A stretch of DNA of 64,000 bases. It comes from Candidatus Latescibacterota bacterium (GTDB taxonomy: Bacteria > Latescibacterota > UBA2968 > GCA-2709665). Positions 9,246 to 18,299 of this stretch are shown here, in pieces (within the stretch, counting starts at the first letter, position 1; the number at the start of each line of letters is the position of its first letter). The notes under the pieces were generated by a model. It did not search any database. It saw only the letters and a list, made by a program, of their open reading frames with translations, and was not told where the DNA came from. Position numbers and translations under genes: made by a program. The stretch spans positions 334,072-398,071 of the forward strand of contig CAXXXF010000014.1 of the NCBI GenBank assembly GCA_963667175.2. The letters are read 5' to 3'.

Positions 9246-12200
9246 TCAGGCGCCTTCCCGTTTCAACGCCGGCAACAGCGGCGTCCTCAGCGCAACCAGA
9301 ACCCCCGCGGTACCGGCAGCCAGGCCCGCGCTGAAGATAAGGCAAAGCGTGGTCAGCAACGACGCCCACGGCAGGCCGCCGGAGGCATGGGGCACGGTTG
9401 TCACGATCGCCGCCGCAACGCCGATTGCCATGCCCCGCCACCATCAGGAATCCGTTCTCCACGCAAAGGAGTCCGCTCAGCAGCGCCCGGCGAAACCCGA
9501 GCGCCCTCAGCGCCGCCAGCTCGGCACGCCGTTCAACGACGTTACGCACCATCACGATCCCAAGTCCGATCGTCCCCAGGAGCACGCCCAGCCCGCCCAG
9601 CGTCTGAAACGTGGACAGGTACGTATTCTCCACCGTCCGGAAATGCGCGAGCCTGGCAGACGTCGGCGTCGCATCGAGACCGGCGTCCTGCAACCGCCGT
9701 TCCAGGAGGGCGCCAGTTTCTCCGGGCCGGTCGGTCTCCACAAGGAAATACCCGTACCCGCTCCGATCGGGGAAATGCGCGGTGAAATTCGCCTCCGATA
9801 CGAGCAGTTCACTCTGGAAGATGCTGTGCTTCAGCAGTCCGACGAGCCGCAGCCTGACGGTCTCGCCCGTTTCCGTCTGCATCGGGATCTCGTCGCCCCA
9901 GCTTCTTGTGGAGAATCCAGGTGACCGAGTTCGCGTCGCCAAATGCGGGAATCACGCCGGGCTCCGCCTGCCGCGTCAACAACGTCCACGGCGCCTCCGC
10001 CTCGTACAGCAACCGATCGAACGCGAAACCGCCCCGTCGAATCAACGTCTCGGGCACGCCCAGAACCCGGGGATGACGCGGTCTGTAGAGATTCAGGCAA
10101 CTCACGTCTTCACCGGGCAATACGCGAAACGGCATAATTCGCGCCCCGTCCAGAATCCGGGCATCCTCCGCGGAAAACCCCAGCTCGAAACGCCCGTCCG
10201 TCGAACCGGGATCGTGGTAGAGCGGCGCATCCGTTTCGGCGATGAGCTGAAATCCGCCCCCCGCCCGACGTCCGGCTGTTCAGCGCATCGCGGCCGGCAT
10301 CGGTGCGTCGATGGGCGCCAACGGCCACAACCACGAAACATGCGCAGGCGATCAGCGATGCGCACAGCAGACTCCGGCCCGGATTTCGCGCGCTGTTCCG
10401 CACACCCATCCTCCAGATTCCGGTCACCGCCGTGCGCCGTTTCCGCTGAAACCAGACGGAGAGCGCGCACAGGCCCGAAATCAGAAGAAATGTCCCGCAT
10501 CCGAAAAACAGCGCGATCGCGGCTTCGCGCCCTGCGCGCGGCACACCGGCAAGGCAGGCCGAGGCCAGTCCCAGGCTCGCGATCGCAACCACCTTCAAAC
10601 GGCGCCCGCTGCCGGCGGCCGCGTGGTGAACGGCGCCGGAGAGTAGCGCCCGAACGGGCATCCGGCCCAAACGCCGGACCGTCGTCAGAATCGTGAACAG
10701 AACCACAACCTGTGAAATCAGGTACCCGGCCGCCAGACCGGACCCGTGCACGTGCAGCGCGAGTTCACCGGTCCCGACGGCCGGAGCCCACCAGGTGCGC
10801 AGACCCGCGATCATGATCCATCCGTACGCCAGTCCTCCCGCGAGTCCGAGAAGGCCCCCCAACCCGGTCAGCCAGACCGCCTCGCCCATGAACCGGCGTC
10901 TGATCGCGCCCGCGGTAAAACCCGACGCCATCAGCACGCCCACCTCATCGGCGCGCTGCTCCACGCCAAGCCGGAAGAGGAGACCCACGAGCAGCGCCGC
11001 CGAGACAATCAGAAACAGACTGAAACCCACGAACAGCCCGCCGAAGTCGGTGGACCCCGACGAAGCCGCCAGCCCCTGTTTTCTCACGGGCTGAAAGGCC
11101 ATGCCCGCGGATTCGGGCGGGAGCGCCTCCCTGAGTCCGGAACGAAACCGATCGGCGGATTGCCCGGCGTCCAGTCCGGGCGCGGGACCCATCCTGACGG
11201 ACGTCAGGCTGCCGAATCGGCTTCGCCAGAGTCGTTGCCCCGTGGCGGACGACACGATGGCTTTGGGCGCGGCGCGATAGGCGTCCCAATAGGCTTCGTC
11301 CGCTGGTCGTATGCGCGTCAGGTCCACGGGGAAGGGCGGATCCCAGGCGTGCATGTCTTCCGCGTCGTGAAGACCCGGAAATGCCGGCGTCAACAGGGAA
11401 TCTGCGCCCAACCCTTCCATGGCGACGACGCCCGCCAGGCGTAACGTGACGTGACGCGTGCTCAGTGCTGGTCCGGCTTCGAAATAAGCCAGCTCGACGG
11501 CGTCGCCGGTCCCGGCGTGCAGGTCCTTCGCCGCCCAGGCATTCAGCAGCACTTCCCCCTCGCCGGGGACCGGCCCGGGGCGCCCGTCAGCCAGTCGCAG
11601 CTTGCCCACGCTCCCGACGTCCAACGCGGCAACCGTTGAATAGGGCAGAACGCGATCCCCGACCCGGATCGTATTGGCCAGGTACGTGAGGATCGCCATT
11701 CGCGGCATCCCCAGTTCATCCGCGAGCCCCAGAACCGTGTTCGCCACGTGGGGCTTCAGGAGAAACCCCGTGCTTTCCACCGCGAGGTAATCCGCATCCA
11801 CCCGCATCGCAAGCCCGAGATCATCCAGCGTTGCGGCGCGTGTGAGCGCGAGCCCCGGATCGCCGGCGGCCTGCGTGTCCTGCGAAACCAGGAGCATATT
11901 CACCCGGCCCGGCAGTCCAAGCGTTTCCTGCAACAGGGGAAGGGACACGAACGCATTGAGCGGCGTCCGCTGACGCGGGCGCAGACCGAAACGACCCATT
12001 CCCCGGTCGTGCACGACACCCGTGAGTCTGACGCGGACGGTCTGTATCGACTCCGAGATCCCGTCCCGCCCGAACAGAGACTCCCTGTGGACGTCGCCCG
12101 GCAGCTCGAACGAAAGCAGGACCGCATCGCCCACGCGGGCGTTCAGTTCGCTCCGCAGAGACTCGTTGGCGACAAACGGCGTCGCGGCCCCGCGTCGGGC

Positions 12201-12560
12201 GAGGTCGGGCGCGTTGGCATCGAACAGGCCGGCGAACCGGGAATCCACACCCAGAATGGCGACGCGGGAAGCGCGGGTCCCCGCGGTGGCGTGCACCGCC
12301 GATCCAGCGAGGGTCACCGCCGGCACAACGGTCAGTCCGCCATCCGCCGCCTCGACGTCCCGCGCGAGGTCCGTGCGAAAGAAGCGATCCGAAACGAGGG
12401 CGTGATCGATATCTCCCAGGCGGTCGAGGGTCAGGTCTCTCAGGCTTTCGCGTACCGAGTCGCCCACCAGCAGGGCCCCGGTGAGCACGGCGGTGGCCAC
12501 GGCCACGCCCAGCAGCACGGACAGATGAATTCGCCAGAAGAAGGTCAGGCTTCGACGCAA
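9246..12560 (-). pseudogene. Large FtsX/MacB-like ABC permease with three +1 frameshifts (pseudogene or sequencing error)
   Basis: One protein is spread over ORFs 10110-12560, 9809-10135, 9232-9942 and 9246-9431; removing one G from runs near 10260, 9898 and 9434 restores ...SGGGGFQLIAE..., ...HKKLGDEI..., ...VAGMAIG... Confidence 0.8.
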
Positions 12561-13204
12561 GTCCCCTCCCGCAACTCAAGGGTGCGTTCGAACCGTGCTG
12601 CCATTTCCGGACTGTGCGTGACCCCGATCAGGATCGTGTCCTCCCGGGCATGCAGTTCGAATATCAGGTCGCCGATTTCATCGGCCCGCGCCCGATCCAG
12701 GCTGCCCGTCGGCTCATCGCACAGGAGAAGCGCCGGCCTGTTGACCAGCGCTCGAGCCACGGCCGCCCGCTGGCGTTCGCCGCCGGACAGAGCGGCCGGG
12801 CGGTGGTCGGCCCGATGCGCGAGTCCGACCCGTTCGATCAGGTCCCTCGCCCGGTCCCCGTCGCCGGATCCGGCGTCTCCGGACGCGAGCGTGGGAATCA
12901 GCACGTTCTCCAGTACCGAATACTGCGGCAGCAGATGGTGGTCCTGGAACACGAACCCGATCCCGCGATTCCGAAAGCGAGCCAGCTCCTTGTCGGAAAG
13001 GGCGTAGGCATCCCGGCCGTCAATCACCACGCGGCCCGACGACGGCCTGTCCAGCGTGCCCAGAACGTGGAGGAGCGTGCTCTTTCCCGATCCCGACGGC
13101 CCGACGACCGCCACGGACTGCCCACGTCCCGTCTCGAACGAAACCTCCCTCAGAACGGACACGTCGCCATACTGTTTCGATACCCGCTCAGCCCGCAGCG
13201 TCAT
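12545..13204 (-). CDS. ABC transporter ATP-binding protein (LolD-like)
   Basis: Walker A GPSGSGKS, GFVFQDHHLL, LSGGERQR, LLCDEPTG. Confidence 0.93.
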   Translation of the reverse strand: MTLRAERVSKQYGDVSVLREVSFETGRGQSVAVVGPSGSGKSTLLHVLGTLDRPSSGRVVIDGRDAYALSDKELARFRNRGIGFVFQDHHLLPQYSVLENVLIPTLASGDAGSGDGDRARDLIERVGLAHRADHRPAALSGGERQRAAVARALVNRPALLLCDEPTGSLDRARADEIGDLIFELHAREDTILIGVTHSPEMAARFERTLELREGTCVEA

Positions 13205-13628
13205 CCTCCCCCTCCTCCGCTTCCTGGATCCGGTCCGCGATGGCGCCCGGTATGGGGACGGCGCGGAACGGCTCGCCCGGGGCGCACTCGCAGAACACCG
13301 TACTCAACCGGCCCCGGGCAATCCGGACGTCGCCGCGGCGGAATTCGAACCCGTACGTGATCGAGCTCGTCCCCTTTCTGACGACCTTCAAATGGACGTC
13401 CAGCACGTCTTCGAACCGTGCCGGTTCCAGATAGTCGCACGACGCGCCAACGCGGGGCCACCCCACCCTGCGCCCTTCCCATCGGGTATGCACGCTGGCG
13501 CCGAGCGAGCGCAGGAACGCGTGCTCGGCCGCCTCCATGAAAACGAAAAACCGGGAAAAGTGCACAATCCCGGCCATGTCCGTATCCGAAAACTCGACGC
13601 GTCGCGTGGTGCGGAATTCACATGGCAT
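13188..13628 (-). CDS. Hotdog-fold acyl-CoA thioesterase (4-HBA-CoA/YbgC family)
   Basis: RVEFSDTDMAGIVHF...E motif, YLEPARFED. Confidence 0.88.
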   Translation of the reverse strand: MPCEFRTTRRVEFSDTDMAGIVHFSRFFVFMEAAEHAFLRSLGASVHTRWEGRRVGWPRVGASCDYLEPARFEDVLDVHLKVVRKGTSSITYGFEFRRGDVRIARGRLSTVFCECAPGEPFRAVPIPGAIADRIQEAEEGEDDAAG

Positions 13629-13670
13629 AGGGTTTCCTCTCGAGGATGCACCGGTCCCGGCGTCATCCGG

Positions 13671-14171
13671 TCAGGACGCGGGCTTGTAGAGCGTCACCAG
13701 GCATCCGCCCAGCGCCGCCAGCACGATCCCCAACACAAACTGCCAGTTCAGACCGCCCCATCCGCCGGCAGGCGGGTGCATGGCCATCGACACCACCGCG
13801 TTTACGACGGGCGCGCCGGCGAATACGATCGACATCACCACGGCAGGGGTGCCCCGGGCGCCAAACGCGAGAAGGACCCCGAATGCGCCGATCGCGCCCA
13901 CGGCGCCGGCCAGCAGAGACCATGTGAAGCCGCGCGCGGGGAACGACCAGTCCGCGCCGTTCATCCAGAGGACAACCATCGATCCGATGACGGCGGTCAG
14001 CAGATAGGCCACGCCCACGAGCAGGAACGCCTTGTACCGTCCGTTCACCGGATCGGCCATTGCGATCTGCCCGGTATGCAGAAAAATCCCGTACAATCCC
14101 CACGACCCCACGGTCATGGCCGCAAAAATCAACCACGTGAACCCAGGCGTCGTTGCCTGCTCGGCCGGCAT
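13671..14171 (-). CDS. Small integral membrane protein (about 5 TM, EamA/DMT-like half)
   Basis: Five hydrophobic stretches, WGLYG and VMSIVFAGAPVVN motifs; AGGAGGAG RBS. Confidence 0.65.
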   Translation of the reverse strand: MPAEQATTPGFTWLIFAAMTVGSWGLYGIFLHTGQIAMADPVNGRYKAFLLVGVAYLLTAVIGSMVVLWMNGADWSFPARGFTWSLLAGAVGAIGAFGVLLAFGARGTPAVVMSIVFAGAPVVNAVVSMAMHPPAGGWGGLNWQFVLGIVLAALGGCLVTLYKPAS

Positions 14172-14231
14172 AGAATCTCCTCCTTCGTTCTCCGGTCCAA
14201 ATCGTCGGCGTGACCTCCGTAAACGGACCGA

Positions 14232-15524
14232 TCATTCCGCGACGAATTCTCGATAGACGTCCAGCATGGCGCCTGCCATGCGCCCGTCGCTGTACGTCCG
14301 GTGGACGGTCGCACGGCCCTTTCTGCCCATACCTTCCCGGGCCTCCCTGTCCCTCATCATACGAGAAAGGCCTTCCGCAAGCGCCGCCGGTGAGCCGGGA
14401 TCGACGAGGATCCCTCCTCCGGTCGACTCGACAAGCTCCGGAAACGCGCCGTGGCGCGGCTGGACCACGGGCGTGCCATTGGCCAGCGCCTCCAGCACGA
14501 ACAACCCCTTCGGCTCCCGGTACGGCGTCGGCACGGACAGGACGTGGACGCTGTTCAGGAATTCGATCTTCTGTTCCCGGTCCACCTCGCCCCGGTACTC
14601 GAACGCATCGGTTAACCCGAGGGAATCGATCCGCGAGACGACCTCCCGGAAATAGGACTTTTCGCGTCCGCCCAGATAACCCGCCGCCAGCAGCCTGACA
14701 TTCTCCGATCCGACCTGTTCCGCCAGACGCCCCACGGCATCGGCCAGAAGATGCAATCCCTTCTCGGGCGCGATGCGGGCCATGTACCCGACCGTAAACG
14801 GGGTCTCGGGAAGCGCCCGGTCGCCCTGCCCGTGGCCTTCCAGGCCGATGCCCAGGCGGACCACGCGGAAGCGTTCCCGGGGCGCAACCAGAACCGCTGC
14901 CATGGCATCCGCGTACCAGTCGCACGTCGCCACAAACGCGTCGACGTCGCGCGACCGGTCCCGAATCAGGTCTAACGCCTCGCTTCGATACGGTTCGATC
15001 AACCCCTCGAGGAAGACGTCCTCCCCCTGTACGGAACACAGAACGGGAACGCCCGTTTCCCGCTTCAACTCACGCGCCATGCCCAGAAACATGGAATTCG
15101 TCAGATGCACGAGGTCCGGCCGGAGGTCGTCTTTCAGCCATCGAACCAGCTTTTTCAGTTCCTTCCGCTGGGCGCCATGTTCTCCCTTCAGCATCGAGAC
15201 CGTAAGCGCGCCCAGCTCGCCGGCCCGGGTCGAACCGCTGAACCAGGAAAGCGATTTCAGCAGCGTGCGCCCGTTCATCATCCGGTCCACGAATTCCGGC
15301 GTGCTGCGAAAAAACGCCAGCTTCTGCTGCAGATAGACGTTGATTCCACCGTAGAACACCCGGTTGATGCTCGCGTCGGGTCCATCGGTCCGCAACGGCG
15401 TGTACGTCGGAATCAGCGTCAGGTCCACGCCCCTGAGCCTGAGCGCCAGGGCCAGCGTATTGTCGCTGATGCAACTCCCGCAAACCATCCCCGCGGCGCC
15501 CGCGGCGATATAGGCAATTCGCAT
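14232..15524 (-). CDS. Glycosyltransferase family 4
   Basis: MRIAYIAAGAAGMVCGSC N-terminus, GYMARIAPEKGL, EPKGLFVLEALANGTPVV. Confidence 0.88.
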   Translation of the reverse strand: MRIAYIAAGAAGMVCGSCISDNTLALALRLRGVDLTLIPTYTPLRTDGPDASINRVFYGGINVYLQQKLAFFRSTPEFVDRMMNGRTLLKSLSWFSGSTRAGELGALTVSMLKGEHGAQRKELKKLVRWLKDDLRPDLVHLTNSMFLGMARELKRETGVPVLCSVQGEDVFLEGLIEPYRSEALDLIRDRSRDVDAFVATCDWYADAMAAVLVAPRERFRVVRLGIGLEGHGQGDRALPETPFTVGYMARIAPEKGLHLLADAVGRLAEQVGSENVRLLAAGYLGGREKSYFREVVSRIDSLGLTDAFEYRGEVDREQKIEFLNSVHVLSVPTPYREPKGLFVLEALANGTPVVQPRHGAFPELVESTGGGILVDPGSPAALAEGLSRMMRDREAREGMGRKGRATVHRTYSDGRMAGAMLDVYREFVAE

Positions 15525-15527
15525 GGG

Positions 15528-15757
15528 AATTAACAATTGAGAATTAGGAATTAAGAGTTGCGAATTGAGAATCAGGATTTGGCGCTACGTCTGTCCTTCG
15601 CGGTCTTCTGAATCGCTGCGAGAAGCCGACAAAAGTTTCTTCAGCATCGGAGTGGATGCCAACGAACTCATCTTCGGACAAATAGCCGGTATCTTTCAGT
15701 AAACGCAACCAATAGCTGCTTTACAATTCTAAATTCTCAATTCTTAATTCTTAATTT
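15528..15757. repeat. AT-rich inverted heptamer (AATT[A/G]AG-type) arrays flanking a gene remnant
   Basis: Left array AATTAAC-AATTGAG-AATTAGG-AATTAAG-AGTTGCG-AATTGAG; right array is the reverse complement type (CAATT-CTAAATT-CTCAATT-CTTAATT-CTTAATT). Confidence 0.75.
15572..15720 (-). pseudogene. C-terminal remnant of a four-helix-bundle (23S rRNA IVP-like, TIGR02436-type) protein
   Basis: Reads SSYWLRLLKDTGYLSEDEFVGIHSDAEE then, after a frameshift, CRLLAAIQKTAK...stop; N-terminal half absent. Confidence 0.7.
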
Positions 15758-17012
15758 CATTTGCTTTTTCAAAGTGCGCAACGTCCTCGGGCAGATCGCA
15801 CATCTTCCCCATCGGTCCGAAGATCGGGGTGACGTCGTTCATGTAGATCTTCCCGCTCAGGATGTCCACGATGCCGTCCAGACACTCCGGATGGGCGTCG
15901 AGGAATCGGCTGAAGCTGAATTCCTTCGCGTAGAATGCGTACACCAGCTTTCGTATGGCTTCCATACCGGGAATGAACGCGTCGCCCCAGCTGCCCAGCC
16001 GTTCGGCTGAGAAATCGTCGTTCACAATGGCCTCGTGAATCGCGTCGGCAGCCATCTCGCCCGATTTGAGCGCCAGGAACACGCCGGACGAATACACGGG
16101 ATCCAGGAACCCGTAGGCGTCTCCAACCAGCACCCAGCCGTCTCCCGAGACCGAACGGGCCCGATAGGAGAAATCGCTGGTCACCTTCATGGGAAACAAC
16201 TGCCGGGCGCCTTTCAGCCGCTCCAGCATCGGCATGCATCTCTCCAGTTCCTCCTGGAAAATCTCCTGGCGCGTCCCCGCCCGCTGCCGCAGGAGATAGT
16301 CCAGGTCTCCAACCACCCCGACGCTGACAACGTCCCCGGCCAGCGGGATGTACCAGAACCACGCGTCCTTCGTGGTGGTGTGGAGAATCAGGGTCGCCCC
16401 CTCGTCGATCCCCGAGTCTCTGGACGCGCTCGCAAAATGCGTAAACAGAGACGCCTTCCTCAACGTGGGCTCTTCGGTCTTGATCCGGAGCTTGCGGGAA
16501 ATCAGGGCGCTGCGGCCCGTCGCATCCACCACCACGCGGGACGGGAGGTCGCGCAGGCAGCCGTCGCCGTATCTCGCCCTGACGCCGACCGCCCGATCCC
16601 CTTCGAAGAGGACCTCCTGAACGGCGGCCCCCTGCCTCACGCACGCCCCTTTCTCGCGGGCGTTTTCCAGCATCATCCGGTCGAACTCGCTCCTCAGCAC
16701 CTGCCACGTGACCGAACTCTCGTGCGGATCGTGTCGATGGAAGTAGAAAGGCGCCGACCCCCGGCCCGATGCGCCGAAAAACTGCACGCTGTACTTCCTG
16801 ACGAACGCGCTCTTCTTCAGTTTTTCGAGGACGCCCAGGCGTTTGAACGACCAGTAGGTTCCCGGCATCAGCGACTCGCCGATCTGAAACCTTGGAAATC
16901 GCTCGCGTTCGAGCAGCAGGACCCGATGACCATACCCGGCCACCAGCGCCGCGACCGTACTTCCTGCAGGGCCGCCGCCGATCACGATGACGTCGTAGGG
17001 ATCTGAACGCAT
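15744..17012 (-). CDS. FAD-dependent halogenase-like oxidoreductase
   Basis: GGGPAG FAD motif, RFQIGESL, WFWYIP (WxWxIP halogenase motif), GDAYGFLDPVYSSG. Confidence 0.82.
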   Translation of the reverse strand: MRSDPYDVIVIGGGPAGSTVAALVAGYGHRVLLLERERFPRFQIGESLMPGTYWSFKRLGVLEKLKKSAFVRKYSVQFFGASGRGSAPFYFHRHDPHESSVTWQVLRSEFDRMMLENAREKGACVRQGAAVQEVLFEGDRAVGVRARYGDGCLRDLPSRVVVDATGRSALISRKLRIKTEEPTLRKASLFTHFASASRDSGIDEGATLILHTTTKDAWFWYIPLAGDVVSVGVVGDLDYLLRQRAGTRQEIFQEELERCMPMLERLKGARQLFPMKVTSDFSYRARSVSGDGWVLVGDAYGFLDPVYSSGVFLALKSGEMAADAIHEAIVNDDFSAERLGSWGDAFIPGMEAIRKLVYAFYAKEFSFSRFLDAHPECLDGIVDILSGKIYMNDVTPIFGPMGKMCDLPEDVAHFEKANEIKN

Positions 17013-17021
17013 TCGATCTTC

Positions 17022-18299
17022 TCAGTTGCGATGGTCCGTAAACCGTTTCGCCTTCAGTTCGAACCTGGGCAGCGTGTTCAATTCGACCGCACGAACCCCG
17101 ACGCGGAACCCCAGCGTCCGTCTTGCCTCCCGCGCCACGGCGCCGGCAACGGCGTCCGGTGAGTCTCCCTTCGCTTCCAGGCGAATCTCCATTTCGTCCA
17201 GGGCGCCGCGACGATAAATGTCGACCGCGAACTCCGTCACTTCGGGAAAGGTCCTGACGACGTTCTCAACGGCGCTCGGATAGATGACGACCCCGCGTAT
17301 GATGATCCCGCCGTCGATACGGCCGACCACGCCGTTCTCCAGCCGGAGGAACCCGGACCCGCAAGGGCATGTCCCTTTCGCGCGCGTTACGCGGTCGCCG
17401 GTGCGGTAACGGATCACCGGCATCCCTTCGCGCCCCAGGTTCGTCAGGACCAGTTCCCCTTCATCGGCCTGCTCGCCGGAATCCGGATCGATCACTTCGC
17501 AGATGAACTCGGCCTCGTTCACGTGCAGGCCGTTCCTGGCCCGGCACTCGAACCCCCAGGCCCCCACCTCGGTGGCGCCGGCGTGATCATAGCACCTGGC
17601 GCCCCAGGCTTCCTCGATCCGCCGCCGCGTCGCCGGCAGACCGGCCCCGGGCTCCCCGGCGTGGATCGTGGCGCGGATGCTGGAGGCCGCGATATCGATC
17701 CCCTCTGCTTCGGCCACCTCGGCCAGATGCAGCGCGTACGTCGGCGTGCAGATCAGCACCGTCGCCCGGTGCTCTTCGATGGTATGTAGGCGCTGGACGG
17801 AGGACATCGAGCCGCCCGTAATGGCCATCGCACCGATCATCCGCGCGGCTTCATGCGCCGTCCAGAACCCGATAAACGGGCCGAACGAAAAGGCGAAGAA
17901 TACACGGTCCTCAGCCGTCACCGCGGCGCCCTCGAAAACCCGGCGCCAGCAGCCGGCGAACCAGTCCCAACTTCGCTGCGTGTCCAGCCAGCGCAGGGGT
18001 CTGCCCGTGGTGCCCGACGTCTGATGGACCCGGACGTAATCCGCCAGCCGAAACGTCAGATTGGACCCGTACGGCGGGTGTGCGTCCTGGTCGGCCGACA
18101 GTTCAGCCTTGGTTGTAAAAGGCAGCCACCGGTAATCTTCGAGGGTACGAATGTCATTGGGCCCGGAAATTCCGGCGCCCGCCAGCTTTTCCCTGTAAAA
18201 CGCGTTGTCCCGCATGACCGGAACAAGCAGGTCACGCAGGCGTTCAAGCTGCGATTCAACCCGTTCGTGCCTTTCCGGATCCGGGTGGACGGATCTCAT
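17022..18299 (-). CDS. Phenylacetate-CoA ligase (PaaK)-family adenylating enzyme
   Basis: HQTSGTTGRP, ICTPTYAL, AGEPG, YDHAGATE, IRYRTGD, GRID; ATG 18299 overlaps upstream stop (ATGA). Confidence 0.88.
   Translation of the reverse strand: MRSVHPDPERHERVESQLERLRDLLVPVMRDNAFYREKLAGAGISGPNDIRTLEDYRWLPFTTKAELSADQDAHPPYGSNLTFRLADYVRVHQTSGTTGRPLRWLDTQRSWDWFAGCWRRVFEGAAVTAEDRVFFAFSFGPFIGFWTAHEAARMIGAMAITGGSMSSVQRLHTIEEHRATVLICTPTYALHLAEVAEAEGIDIAASSIRATIHAGEPGAGLPATRRRIEEAWGARCYDHAGATEVGAWGFECRARNGLHVNEAEFICEVIDPDSGEQADEGELVLTNLGREGMPVIRYRTGDRVTRAKGTCPCGSGFLRLENGVVGRIDGGIIIRGVVIYPSAVENVVRTFPEVTEFAVDIYRRGALDEMEIRLEAKGDSPDAVAGAVAREARRTLGFRVGVRAVELNTLPRFELKAKRFTDHRN

Noticed and set aside
15572-15720. 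Diversity-generating retroelement (Avd-like fragment)
   Set aside because: No reverse transcriptase and no template/variable repeat pair in the window
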